Shown: positions 38,681-46,575 of the stretch, piece after piece
Position numbering within the stretch: the stretch's first letter is position 1
Layout: each line of letters starts with the position of its first letter
DNA from: Candidatus Zixiibacteriota bacterium
Lineage (GTDB): Bacteria > Zixibacteria > MSB-5A5 > UBA10806
Direction of reading: 5' to 3'
Length of the DNA: 64,000 nt
NCBI GenBank assembly: GCA_024641335.1
Contig: JAHEDG010000005.1
Location: forward strand, 27,779-91,778
Notes under the pieces: model-generated
What the model was told of the DNA's origin: nothing
Seen by the model: the letters and a program-made list of their open reading frames with translations, nothing else
The model's database searches: none
Translations under genes and position numbers: made by a program

Positions 38681-39049
38681 CTATCCCTTCTTCACATCGG
38701 TTAAAAGCCTGACTATTTTTTCCGAATCCTTGATTATTCCTCCCAGGGCAGTCTCGATATTATGGATCAGATCCTGATCGACTGTGCTCTCTTGAGGGTC
38801 GGAAAATATATTTTTCGGCTTTTTCTCGGTTTTGGCGGCGCTTAATATCTGGTTCATATGCTTGACCGCCTGAGTTGCCTGGTTTACCAGTTGCGATAAC
38901 TTCTGATTGATTTCCACATTCAGGTTCTTTTTGTGAGACAGCTTGGCCGCCGCCACAGCTATATTCAATGCCAACAGCTGAATATCGCCGGAGACCGATT
39001 CCATATACTCCAGAAGCTCCTGACTGGTATATTCGACTTTATTTTTCAA
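38681..39049 (-). CDS. hypothetical helical protein with an MCP signalling-domain-like segment
   Basis: 122 aa. GDIQLLALNIAVAAAKL resembles the conserved MCP core NLLALNAAIEAARAGE. It overlaps the next gene by 4 nt. Confidence 0.3.
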   Translation of the reverse strand: MKNKVEYTSQELLEYMESVSGDIQLLALNIAVAAAKLSHKKNLNVEINQKLSQLVNQATQAVKHMNQILSAAKTEKKPKNIFSDPQESTVDQDLIHNIETALGGIIKDSEKIVRLLTDVKKG

Positions 39050-39417
39050 AATGTAAGATACTCCCTTACTTTACTTTTCAATTCGGTCAGGTCTGACGAT
39101 TTTACCAGGTAAGCATCGGCCAGCCACGACGTGAAATTGGCTTTATATGTGGAATACGCTGAATTTAATATGATCGGCACCCGGCCCGCCCTGCTCCTGA
39201 TTACCTCGAGCACTTCCAGGCCGTCCATATCCTTCAATTTGATATCCAAAATAATCAGATCGACACTTGAATCATGATTCAATCGATCGAGCGCTTCCTC
39301 CCCCGATCCAACCGAAAATGTTTTATAACCTTCAATTCCGAATTCGCTTTCATATAAGCTGCGGATTCCGGCTTCATCGTCAACAATTAGAATGTTTTTC
39401 ACTATTCCTCCTTGCAT
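39046..39417 (-). CDS. stand-alone response-regulator receiver protein
   Basis: 123 aa; ILIVDDEAGIR...DLIILDIKLKDMDG...NSAYSTYK. Confidence 0.85.
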   Translation of the reverse strand: MQGGIVKNILIVDDEAGIRSLYESEFGIEGYKTFSVGSGEEALDRLNHDSSVDLIILDIKLKDMDGLEVLEVIRSRAGRVPIILNSAYSTYKANFTSWLADAYLVKSSDLTELKSKVREYLTF

Positions 39418-41150
39418 AATGGCAGCTCGATTGTCAACCAGCCATGCAAATTATCCGACGAGCCAATTCCGATATCTCCGCCGTAATGCTGAAGTATCTC
39501 CAGAGCTACGGCCATCTCCTGCGATCTTAAATCTCCGTGTCCATCTCTAAGCACTCTATAGAACATTTCGGCAAATTCCCGGTAATTATCACCTCCGCCG
39601 ATAAATATTATAGCCGAGTCGAGACGTTTCTTTATCTCCATGGCGACTTTTTCGATACCGCCGACAATTCGCGCCGATTCACGCAAAATCACCATCATGG
39701 CTTCGTAAAACAATCCCTGATCCACAAATATCCTCGCGCCCAGAATCTCGATATCTTCCGTAACAGAGGGAAATCCGTCCGTTTCCGAGTTCACCATCAT
39801 ACCCAGAGCTTCTTTTACCAAATCGGTAAGAACAAATTTGTCTTCTTTCTTTTCGCTAAGTGATACGATACTGGAAAAACGGTCGAGTGTCTGCTCGATT
39901 CGCGAGGATTGTTTGGAAATTATTTCCAGCGCCGCGTAAGCAGGATCGTCCGAACTCGATTTACGCAACTGAGCGTTGGCATAACCACCGATTATGGTCA
40001 GGGGATTACGAACCTGGTGAGCTACATCGAGCGCCATCTTGGAAATACTCGATAATTTTTCTGCCCTGATCAGGTTTTCACGTGATCTGATAATCTGCCT
40101 GTTGGCTTCTTTGAGACTGAAGATTTGCCTTCGTAGTTTTCCGTATAGCCGGGAATTCTCAATAGCGTCTGAAGCGTACCTGGCGAAAATCTCCAGAAAT
40201 TTGACGTCCGTAGGCGAAATAGGTTTTCTGGTGACCATATTATCAGCGACTATCACTCCCAAACGTGATTCCATCGAGATAAACGGAACTACTGCCAATT
40301 CATCAACACCGAATTTCCTTCGAAGTTCAGGATCATTCCCCTCCAGCATCATATCCGGTCCGACTATAATAGATTTCTTTTCGAGGATCGCCCTCGACAG
40401 AAAATTGCTCCCCCCCGCTATGGGGATCTGAAGCGATACCACCAGCTTATTAACATAACCGTCATGAATTTTGGGATCGGCTTTATAGAGCCGCAATACT
40501 TCCTCTAACGGCAACGGTCTGGCCGAAAGGCTTTGCCAGATAGCTCCGGCGTCTTCACTGGATGATGGCCCCGTAGCCAGACAGCCATGTAATAATGTCT
40601 CGGAATCATCGGCCAAGAATATAAATCCCCTGTTGAATCCCAGGCCTGATCCGGAGGTCACCGCCAGCAGGACTATTCTCAGTATATCGGTCAGATTCTT
40701 CGTTTCTGAAAATGCCCTGACAGCCTGGTTAATTATATCCAGATCCCTTATTTTTGCCTGCAGCTTTTCAGAAATCTCCTTTTCGACGCACGTTTCGGAT
40801 ATAACGCAATTTATCGAATCATCCCCCTGCTCTCCTGATGGGAAACAAAGCAGATTGAACGCGCAAAAGAGGCCGCTGTTGGAACGCCGCTGGAATTGAA
40901 ATGACGACGATTCTCCGGCGAAAGATCTGTCCAGAGCCGCCCTGAGACCCGGGTCTTGCAGGGGCAGAAGTTCAGCCGAATTAATATCATCCGACCGCCT
41001 GGGAGCCCAGTCGGGTATCAAGCCATACCAGCTGAGCTTTTTAATCCTATGATCTTTTGTCAGGGTAAAATACGCTGCCAGCCGATCTATCGATTCGGAT
41101 GTTTCTTCCTGTTCAGTCGATGAAATCATAATACTACGGCCATCTGTCAA
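39402..41150 (-). CDS. GAF-domain sensor histidine kinase
   Basis: 582 aa. A central GAF domain is followed by a DHp carrying the phospho-His (DVAHQVRNPLTIIGGYANAQL) and a divergent HATPase-like C-terminus. Confidence 0.8.
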   Translation of the reverse strand: MTDGRSIMISSTEQEETSESIDRLAAYFTLTKDHRIKKLSWYGLIPDWAPRRSDDINSAELLPLQDPGLRAALDRSFAGESSSFQFQRRSNSGLFCAFNLLCFPSGEQGDDSINCVISETCVEKEISEKLQAKIRDLDIINQAVRAFSETKNLTDILRIVLLAVTSGSGLGFNRGFIFLADDSETLLHGCLATGPSSSEDAGAIWQSLSARPLPLEEVLRLYKADPKIHDGYVNKLVVSLQIPIAGGSNFLSRAILEKKSIIVGPDMMLEGNDPELRRKFGVDELAVVPFISMESRLGVIVADNMVTRKPISPTDVKFLEIFARYASDAIENSRLYGKLRRQIFSLKEANRQIIRSRENLIRAEKLSSISKMALDVAHQVRNPLTIIGGYANAQLRKSSSDDPAYAALEIISKQSSRIEQTLDRFSSIVSLSEKKEDKFVLTDLVKEALGMMVNSETDGFPSVTEDIEILGARIFVDQGLFYEAMMVILRESARIVGGIEKVAMEIKKRLDSAIIFIGGGDNYREFAEMFYRVLRDGHGDLRSQEMAVALEILQHYGGDIGIGSSDNLHGWLTIELPLCKEE

Positions 41151-41177
41151 TTCCCGATATGCGATACGCGCCGACCG

Positions 41178-42029
41178 TTACTCGCCAACTTTCAGTGTAA
41201 ATCTTCTTTCGGATCTGGCGGACGGTGAAACAAATTGCTGAGCGATCGACAAAATATTCGAGGCTTCTTTATCAATGGCTTTAAGACGTCGCAATACCGA
41301 GCTATTGGAATTCTTCATGGTCATGAGTAGAAACTGAGCGTTGCCGGCGATAATCGCCAGAGGATTGCTGATCTGCTGATTGAGCGTATCGGCCAGGTTA
41401 CCGCCTGCCTTGATCTGTTCCATTTTGCTCATCTCAATATGGGTATTTTTCAATTTTTCATTCAAGCTGTGAATTTCATCCTTGAATTCGGATTCGTATT
41501 TGGTGTTGGCTATCCTTTCAGCCAGAAGCTCCATCAAAGTGGCCACGATAGCCACCAGTTCGACATCACGTTCGGTAAACGAGTCGGGTTCGTCATGGGC
41601 TAAGTTAATCACCCCGGTTATTTCACCCCCGAACAGCATCGGAACGGAAAGAAACGATTTTGTATGAGAACCGGCCCTGGATTTCCTCAAATTATTCAGC
41701 ACAATAGGCCGTTTTTTTTGAGCCACCCAGGCAGAGATTCCGAAACCCATATCGAATTCGACAAAATCAATAAGATCCACCGTCCGCCCGATAGTGCAAA
41801 TCTCTTCGAGCTTGCCGCTTATTTTGGAATTCAAAAAAAGCGAAGCGGAGCGGAAATCCACCATTTTCCCAAGGTGCTTTAAGATCCCTTCAAATGAGTC
41901 ATCCGTTGCAGGCGAGCTTTGTATCTCGCCCGATATTTCACAAAGCAATTTCAGTTCGTTTTCGAAGCCTGTCATTCCGGATCTTTCTAAAGTTCGAGGC
42001 ACTATTCCCTCCGTAGTTTCAACCGCCAT
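41178..42029 (-). CDS. GAF–DHp protein lacking both the phospho-acceptor His and the ATPase domain (pseudo-histidine kinase)
   Basis: 283 aa. A GAF domain is followed by a DHp paralogous to the neighbouring kinase, but with NQQISNPLAIIAGNAQFLL (Gln in place of His). The protein ends after the DHp second helix. Confidence 0.6.
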   Translation of the reverse strand: MAVETTEGIVPRTLERSGMTGFENELKLLCEISGEIQSSPATDDSFEGILKHLGKMVDFRSASLFLNSKISGKLEEICTIGRTVDLIDFVEFDMGFGISAWVAQKKRPIVLNNLRKSRAGSHTKSFLSVPMLFGGEITGVINLAHDEPDSFTERDVELVAIVATLMELLAERIANTKYESEFKDEIHSLNEKLKNTHIEMSKMEQIKAGGNLADTLNQQISNPLAIIAGNAQFLLMTMKNSNSSVLRRLKAIDKEASNILSIAQQFVSPSARSERRFTLKVGE

Positions 42030-42042
42030 ATTTTCAAAGTAC

Positions 42043-42516
42043 TTATTTGCAGTCTTCTATTTTTAGAACTTCCTTCAACGCCTTGATCATCGAGCTCATC
42101 CTGAACGGTTTTTTGAAAACTTCCGTGACACTGAAAGGTTTTATGGAATCCAATCTTCTCGATCCTTTGGCGATTGTGGCAAAAACAGGCAAACCGGGCA
42201 TCATCGTTCTTATTATCCTGATAACCTCCGGCCCGAAGCACTCCGACTCGGACAGGTTGATTATCGCGGCGTCATGCCGCCCTGTAAGAGCTTCTGTTAT
42301 GGCCATTTTGCCGTCTTCCACCGTAACCACCTCGAATTTCGATTTGTTCTTTAACGAGTATTTTATCAATCTTCGTACGAATTCGTTATCGTCTCCGACC
42401 AGAATCCTCTTTCCGGAAAACGCCGGCAATTCGTCGGGATTGTCATGTTCGTAAGCAATTTTTATTTCATGTTGGCCATCAGATACCCGGCCAGTTTCTC
42501 CGCTAATTTCCTGCAT
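42043..42516 (-). CDS. receiver-domain protein with Asn at the phospho-acceptor position
   Basis: 157 aa; RILVGDDNEF...HDAAIINLSESECFG...FATIA...KKPF. The DD, T and K positions are conserved, but the acceptor Asp aligns to Asn. Confidence 0.7.
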   Translation of the reverse strand: MQEISGETGRVSDGQHEIKIAYEHDNPDELPAFSGKRILVGDDNEFVRRLIKYSLKNKSKFEVVTVEDGKMAITEALTGRHDAAIINLSESECFGPEVIRIIRTMMPGLPVFATIAKGSRRLDSIKPFSVTEVFKKPFRMSSMIKALKEVLKIEDCK

Positions 42517-43019
42517 GTTTTCTCTTCGGTCATCAGTCGTTCGGTTTGACTTGGGTACAAATCGGCGTCGTATTTATCGTTGAAGATATACTGGGCGCGC
42601 ACGCCTCCGGATGCATTCATCTTAAACAGCTTTGCCGGCTGACCATCGGCCGCCGACGGGATTTCCACATACGATTCCAGCTGATAATTTCTGGAATACC
42701 GGTTCAATATATATGGAATGGAAAAGGCCCTTTTAGTTTCCCACAAATTACGAGTAATTACGATATTTACGATATATTCCCCGGCCAACGGTTTATCGTC
42801 CGGGCCATTCAGGAGTCTGAACCTGCCGGGAAAACTGGCCAGACGCAGCTCTCTTTCCAAAGCCTCGGCCAAACGGTTCGAGGGATATTCGGCGACTTCG
42901 TTCAGGGATGTTATGGTTAATGCCAGATTGTCGGTTGGAATTTTCGAGCCCCAGGCAGAAATTCCGGGAATTCCTAAAAGCAATAACGATACAACTACTA
43001 CCCGGGACACTCTACTCAT
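42462..43019 (-). CDS. hypothetical secreted/periplasmic protein
   Basis: 185 aa with an N-terminal signal peptide (VVVVSLLLLGIPGISAWG). It overlaps the downstream receiver ORF by 55 nt. Confidence 0.4.
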   Translation of the reverse strand: MSRVSRVVVVSLLLLGIPGISAWGSKIPTDNLALTITSLNEVAEYPSNRLAEALERELRLASFPGRFRLLNGPDDKPLAGEYIVNIVITRNLWETKRAFSIPYILNRYSRNYQLESYVEIPSAADGQPAKLFKMNASGGVRAQYIFNDKYDADLYPSQTERLMTEEKTCRKLAEKLAGYLMANMK

Positions 43020-43761
43020 GATCCCCGCCGCCTTGTTTCCTGGATTCCACCTGCTGTTTGTAAATATACTGTACTACCAACTTTTGAAGGTTCTCGTCGA
43101 ATGTGCCGCTTCCTTCAGGTAGAAACTCGCCCAGCCTCTCGAGATTATATTTCGAGCTGTTAGCCTCATTTATGAATTCAGCCCCGACCAAAGACTTGCC
43201 GTCATCCAGAGATTCCACCCTCTTCACCACCGAAAGGATATTTTTCAGGGTATGATTGTCTCGCAGCCTTAAATTGACTACCAGGAGACTGCCCTCTTTA
43301 TGCTTTTCCCCGGACTCGAACAGGATTCCTCCGGCGGAAATATTAAGAAGATCACCTTTAGCCTCGGCGCTCAAAGCCCCGGTCATGTTTTGAGGATCAT
43401 CCAATATCCTGAAACTGATTTTACCCGAAATATCCAGCCTGACAAATTGCCGCCTCTGAACACGTTCCGTCTCGCTTATCTTTTCCAGTTCGGCAGAACT
43501 GCCCTCGCCAATAAACAAATCCTTTATGCTGGCCTTAAAAGTGTAGGCGGCGTCATGCTTATTATAGCTAACGTCCACTACGTCTCCTTTTGAAAGGTTA
43601 GTATTTCCACTCTGCTTTATGGGCATTTCGATGACGTATGAGCGCCTTTTTATATTTTCGATCCTGCTGAGATATTCCCCGGCCTGACCGCCACGGGTCA
43701 CCCGGATGGCTATTTTATCCCAGAGGGAGATCGTATCTTTTTTAGTAGTATATTTCTTCAT
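43012..43761 (-). CDS. YcgR-like PilZ-domain protein (candidate c-di-GMP flagellar brake)
   Basis: 249 aa. An N-terminal YcgR-N-like domain is followed by PilZ motifs RRQFVRL (RxxxR) and NISAGGILF (D/NxSxGG). Confidence 0.7.
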   Translation of the reverse strand: MKKYTTKKDTISLWDKIAIRVTRGGQAGEYLSRIENIKRRSYVIEMPIKQSGNTNLSKGDVVDVSYNKHDAAYTFKASIKDLFIGEGSSAELEKISETERVQRRQFVRLDISGKISFRILDDPQNMTGALSAEAKGDLLNISAGGILFESGEKHKEGSLLVVNLRLRDNHTLKNILSVVKRVESLDDGKSLVGAEFINEANSSKYNLERLGEFLPEGSGTFDENLQKLVVQYIYKQQVESRKQGGGDHE

Positions 43762-44939
43762 TATGCATTGACTTTATCAGATTTCTTAATCAGGCGGTTT
43801 TGTTCCAGCGACATCTCCAGGATCTTCTTGGCGTTGGCATAAAGTGACTTGTCGCCTTTGCTCCTGGTCATCATATCCTGCGATTGCCGAGTAGTAATTT
43901 TAAAATACTCATTGGCCTTTTCGAAGTCTCCGACTCTACGGGCGAGTTCGGCTATCATATAAGACGCCTGAAGCTGCTGCAGCCCGGGTTTGATCTCTCG
44001 GCTGTTCTGGTAGGCTTTCAGATAGTTTTCTAAAGCTAAAACCAAAGCCTCAGATTCGACGACCGGGATATCTGTCCATATTTCTCTGGCCTTGTACAAA
44101 AACTCCCTGAAACTCGGGAATTCGACGAAACCGTCCTGCGCCACCATAGCGCTCTTTTGAGCCAATACTTCCTTTTTCACATTATTGAATTGAGCCTGGA
44201 GATTTAAAATATCTTTTTGCATCGAACTCCAGACATTGTGCACGCTTTCTATCGCGGGAATCAGCTTGGTCGAGATCCCGGCCGTGGAGTTAATATTAAC
44301 CGTCGGCTTGAAATCGGCCGAAATCATCTGGTGAAGCGACGGCAGGTTAGAGCCGAAATCCTCGACGTTCTTCTTTAGCCTGTCGATCTCCAACTGAATC
44401 TTACTCAACATCAGCTGCGCCGGATCGGAGGATTCTTCGCCGACATTCATGTCGCGATAGATCCAGGCAATTCTCAGATAGAATCGGGCGATATCAAGGG
44501 CGGTCGGACGGTCCAAAAGCAACTCGTCATAAATGGCTAAAAGCAGTTTGATTACGGCCGATTCGCTCGGAAATAATTCGTTGCTGATATGCGAGCCCAG
44601 GAATTTAATTATACCGTTATCTATCGCGTTGGCTTCCTGATGTTTGGCTTTCTGGCCTGGAAGTTTATAAGATTTGAAATTACTGTTATTCTGCCATTCT
44701 TTATACGTTGAATTCAATTCCCGCGAATAATAGCAGGAATTGCAGGTAGCTGTAAAATAAAGAAGAGGGTTATATTTTTGATAAACGGGATTGGCCCAGG
44801 CTCTGCCGGTTGGGGCGAAATCAGTGTCCCGACCCGATTCGGTATAGGCTCCCTGCTTGATTACCTCGAATACATTAAGATTCCCGCATATCGGACATTC
44901 GAGCTTGATGTTGAAAAAGGGTCTATTATCCGCGGACAT
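43761..44939 (-). CDS. hypothetical protein with an N-terminal CxxC...CxxC zinc ribbon (DUF2225-like)
   Basis: 392 aa; LECPICGNLNVFEV...TATCNSCYY at the N-terminus, with the remainder helical. Confidence 0.4.
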   Translation of the reverse strand: MSADNRPFFNIKLECPICGNLNVFEVIKQGAYTESGRDTDFAPTGRAWANPVYQKYNPLLYFTATCNSCYYSRELNSTYKEWQNNSNFKSYKLPGQKAKHQEANAIDNGIIKFLGSHISNELFPSESAVIKLLLAIYDELLLDRPTALDIARFYLRIAWIYRDMNVGEESSDPAQLMLSKIQLEIDRLKKNVEDFGSNLPSLHQMISADFKPTVNINSTAGISTKLIPAIESVHNVWSSMQKDILNLQAQFNNVKKEVLAQKSAMVAQDGFVEFPSFREFLYKAREIWTDIPVVESEALVLALENYLKAYQNSREIKPGLQQLQASYMIAELARRVGDFEKANEYFKITTRQSQDMMTRSKGDKSLYANAKKILEMSLEQNRLIKKSDKVNA

Positions 44940-45005
44940 TTTTGGCCTTTCATTTCATGGTTTACAATAATTCTATCGGCAATACCGATTTTTCCTGAAG
45001 GCCGT

Positions 45006-45404
45006 TTATAAGCTTTCCGCGACTTCCGCTATTTCCGCGCTCCGTCTGGCCGTAGCCAATAGAATTCCCATCTCCGATTGTGAATAGCCGTACTCTCTGC
45101 CAACCTCCTCCGGCGATTCTCCCATCTGAAGCATTTGCAAAGCTCCGGCGATCCGGTTTTCGACCGTGGCCTCCGGTTGGGGCTGTTCCTTTTCGGTCTG
45201 GGGAAGATCCGTCGCGATTTCTCGTTCCTCCAGCATTGTTAGCCTGCTTAGAAGATCGGAATAATCCCGTTCGGGCTGCTGAACGCGTTGATTATCTTGT
45301 TGACTACTTTTTGCCTTCGAGTCACGCATATAAGCCCGCAGCAAAATTGCCATCACTGCCAGATTCGCCAATGACACTATCGATGTTACTATCGTGGAAA
45401 ACAT
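45006..45404 (-). CDS. hypothetical membrane-anchored protein with a C-terminal HTH-like segment
   Basis: 132 aa with an N-terminal TM helix. The C-terminal GESPEEVGREYGYSQSEMGILLATARR resembles a Fis/sigma-region-4 type HTH. Confidence 0.35.
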   Translation of the reverse strand: MFSTIVTSIVSLANLAVMAILLRAYMRDSKAKSSQQDNQRVQQPERDYSDLLSRLTMLEEREIATDLPQTEKEQPQPEATVENRIAGALQMLQMGESPEEVGREYGYSQSEMGILLATARRSAEIAEVAESL

Positions 45405-45417
45405 TGCTCCTCCTGTA

Positions 45418-45747
45418 TCAGGCCAGAAAATCTACGCTCTTGCCCTTAATATTATCGGGCGGGGACGTTTGCTGGCCGTTAGTCTTGTCCTTTTCATCAT
45501 CTTCTTCTAATTCGTCGTTTTCATCCTCTGCCGCGGTTTCTTCTTCCTCTTCGTCCTTGTGCAGAATGATTTCGTCTTTTTCGTTTTTCCGTTTTTTCTT
45601 TTTCTTCTCTTCGGCGATTTTCCTGTCTAGCTCGGCCACAAATTGCTTTTTTGTGGCCTCCCCGGTGCTGCCTTTCTTGGTATGCCGAACCTCTCTTATC
45701 GGTTCGCTTCGGGCCAGGTCGTTGTTCATTTCCACCCGTTCAATCAT
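45418..45747 (-). CDS. hypothetical highly charged (Lys/Glu/Asp-rich) protein
   Basis: 109 aa with low-complexity KKKKKRKNEKDE / EEEEETAAEDENDELEEDDEKD tracts. Confidence 0.3.
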   Translation of the reverse strand: MIERVEMNNDLARSEPIREVRHTKKGSTGEATKKQFVAELDRKIAEEKKKKKRKNEKDEIILHKDEEEEETAAEDENDELEEDDEKDKTNGQQTSPPDNIKGKSVDFLA

Positions 45748-45777
45748 GGGCCGCTCCAGTTAAAGCGTGATCTTTGT

Positions 45778-46536
45778 CTAAATTGCGAACTTGTCTCTAA
45801 TGGATATCCTCAGACGGGAGACAGCGCGCGTATGAATCTGCGATACCCGGGATTCGGATATCAGCATAATATCACCTATTTCCTTGAGAGTCAGTTCCTC
45901 ATAATAATAGAGAGAGACGACCAAACGTTCCTGCTCGGTCAGTCCGCTGATGGCCTGCATCAGGTACGCCTTCAGCTCTGTTTTTTCCATATCCGCTAAT
46001 ACATCGACCGTAGCCGTATTCTCTACTGTTTCGATTCGCGGCACCTGACGGTTATCGTCTTCGCGGCAAATCATCTCGTCCAGCGAAAGAAGCGATGAAA
46101 AACTCAAGTCTTTCTGGGCGCTGAAAAGCTCCTGAATCGAGATATCCAGAGTGGTGGCGATTTCATGGTTCGACGGACCGCGGCCGAGCTCGTTCTCTAA
46201 CTTGCTTACCGCCCGGTCGATATTTCTTGCCTTGGCCCTGGTGGAACGCGGCACCCAGTCTAAAGCCCGAAGCTCATCAAGGATTGCTCCCCGGATACGC
46301 GGAACGGCGAAAGTTTCGAATTTCACGCCGCGGCCGGGATCGAAATTATTGAAAGCCTCGATCAAACCTATTACCCCTGTGTTAACCAGATCGTTCAAAT
46401 CGACCGATTTGGGAAAAGTAGCCGCCATGCGTCCGGCCACATTTTTAACCAGGGGGAGATAATTGTTGAGGAGCTTATCCCGAACCTCGGAATCATTTGT
46501 TTCTTTGTAGTGTTCCCAGATTGCTGTAATTGCCAT
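45778..46536 (-). CDS. fliA: flagellar sigma factor sigma-28
   Basis: 252 aa with sigma-70 regions 2, 3 and 4 (LVKNVAGRMAATFP...GVIGLIEAFNNFDPGRGVKFETFAVPRIRGAI). Confidence 0.9.
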   Translation of the reverse strand: MAITAIWEHYKETNDSEVRDKLLNNYLPLVKNVAGRMAATFPKSVDLNDLVNTGVIGLIEAFNNFDPGRGVKFETFAVPRIRGAILDELRALDWVPRSTRAKARNIDRAVSKLENELGRGPSNHEIATTLDISIQELFSAQKDLSFSSLLSLDEMICREDDNRQVPRIETVENTATVDVLADMEKTELKAYLMQAISGLTEQERLVVSLYYYEELTLKEIGDIMLISESRVSQIHTRAVSRLRISIRDKFAI

Positions 46537-46575
46537 TTTTTATCCCGCCTCTTGGTTTTATCTTTATCCTATTAT

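Noticed and set aside
38681-39049. Hpt (histidine phosphotransfer) identity for the 122-aa helical protein
   Set aside because: A His is present (LSHKKNL), but the HxxKG Hpt motif is not matched. The MCP-core-like resemblance is stronger, so this is kept only as a hypothesis.
45080-45763. 227-aa plus-strand Ser/Phe-rich ORF
   Set aside because: It is antisense to two minus-strand genes. Its extreme low complexity (SSSSSSNSSFSSS) results from reading the Glu/Asp/Lys codon runs of the acidic protein in reverse.
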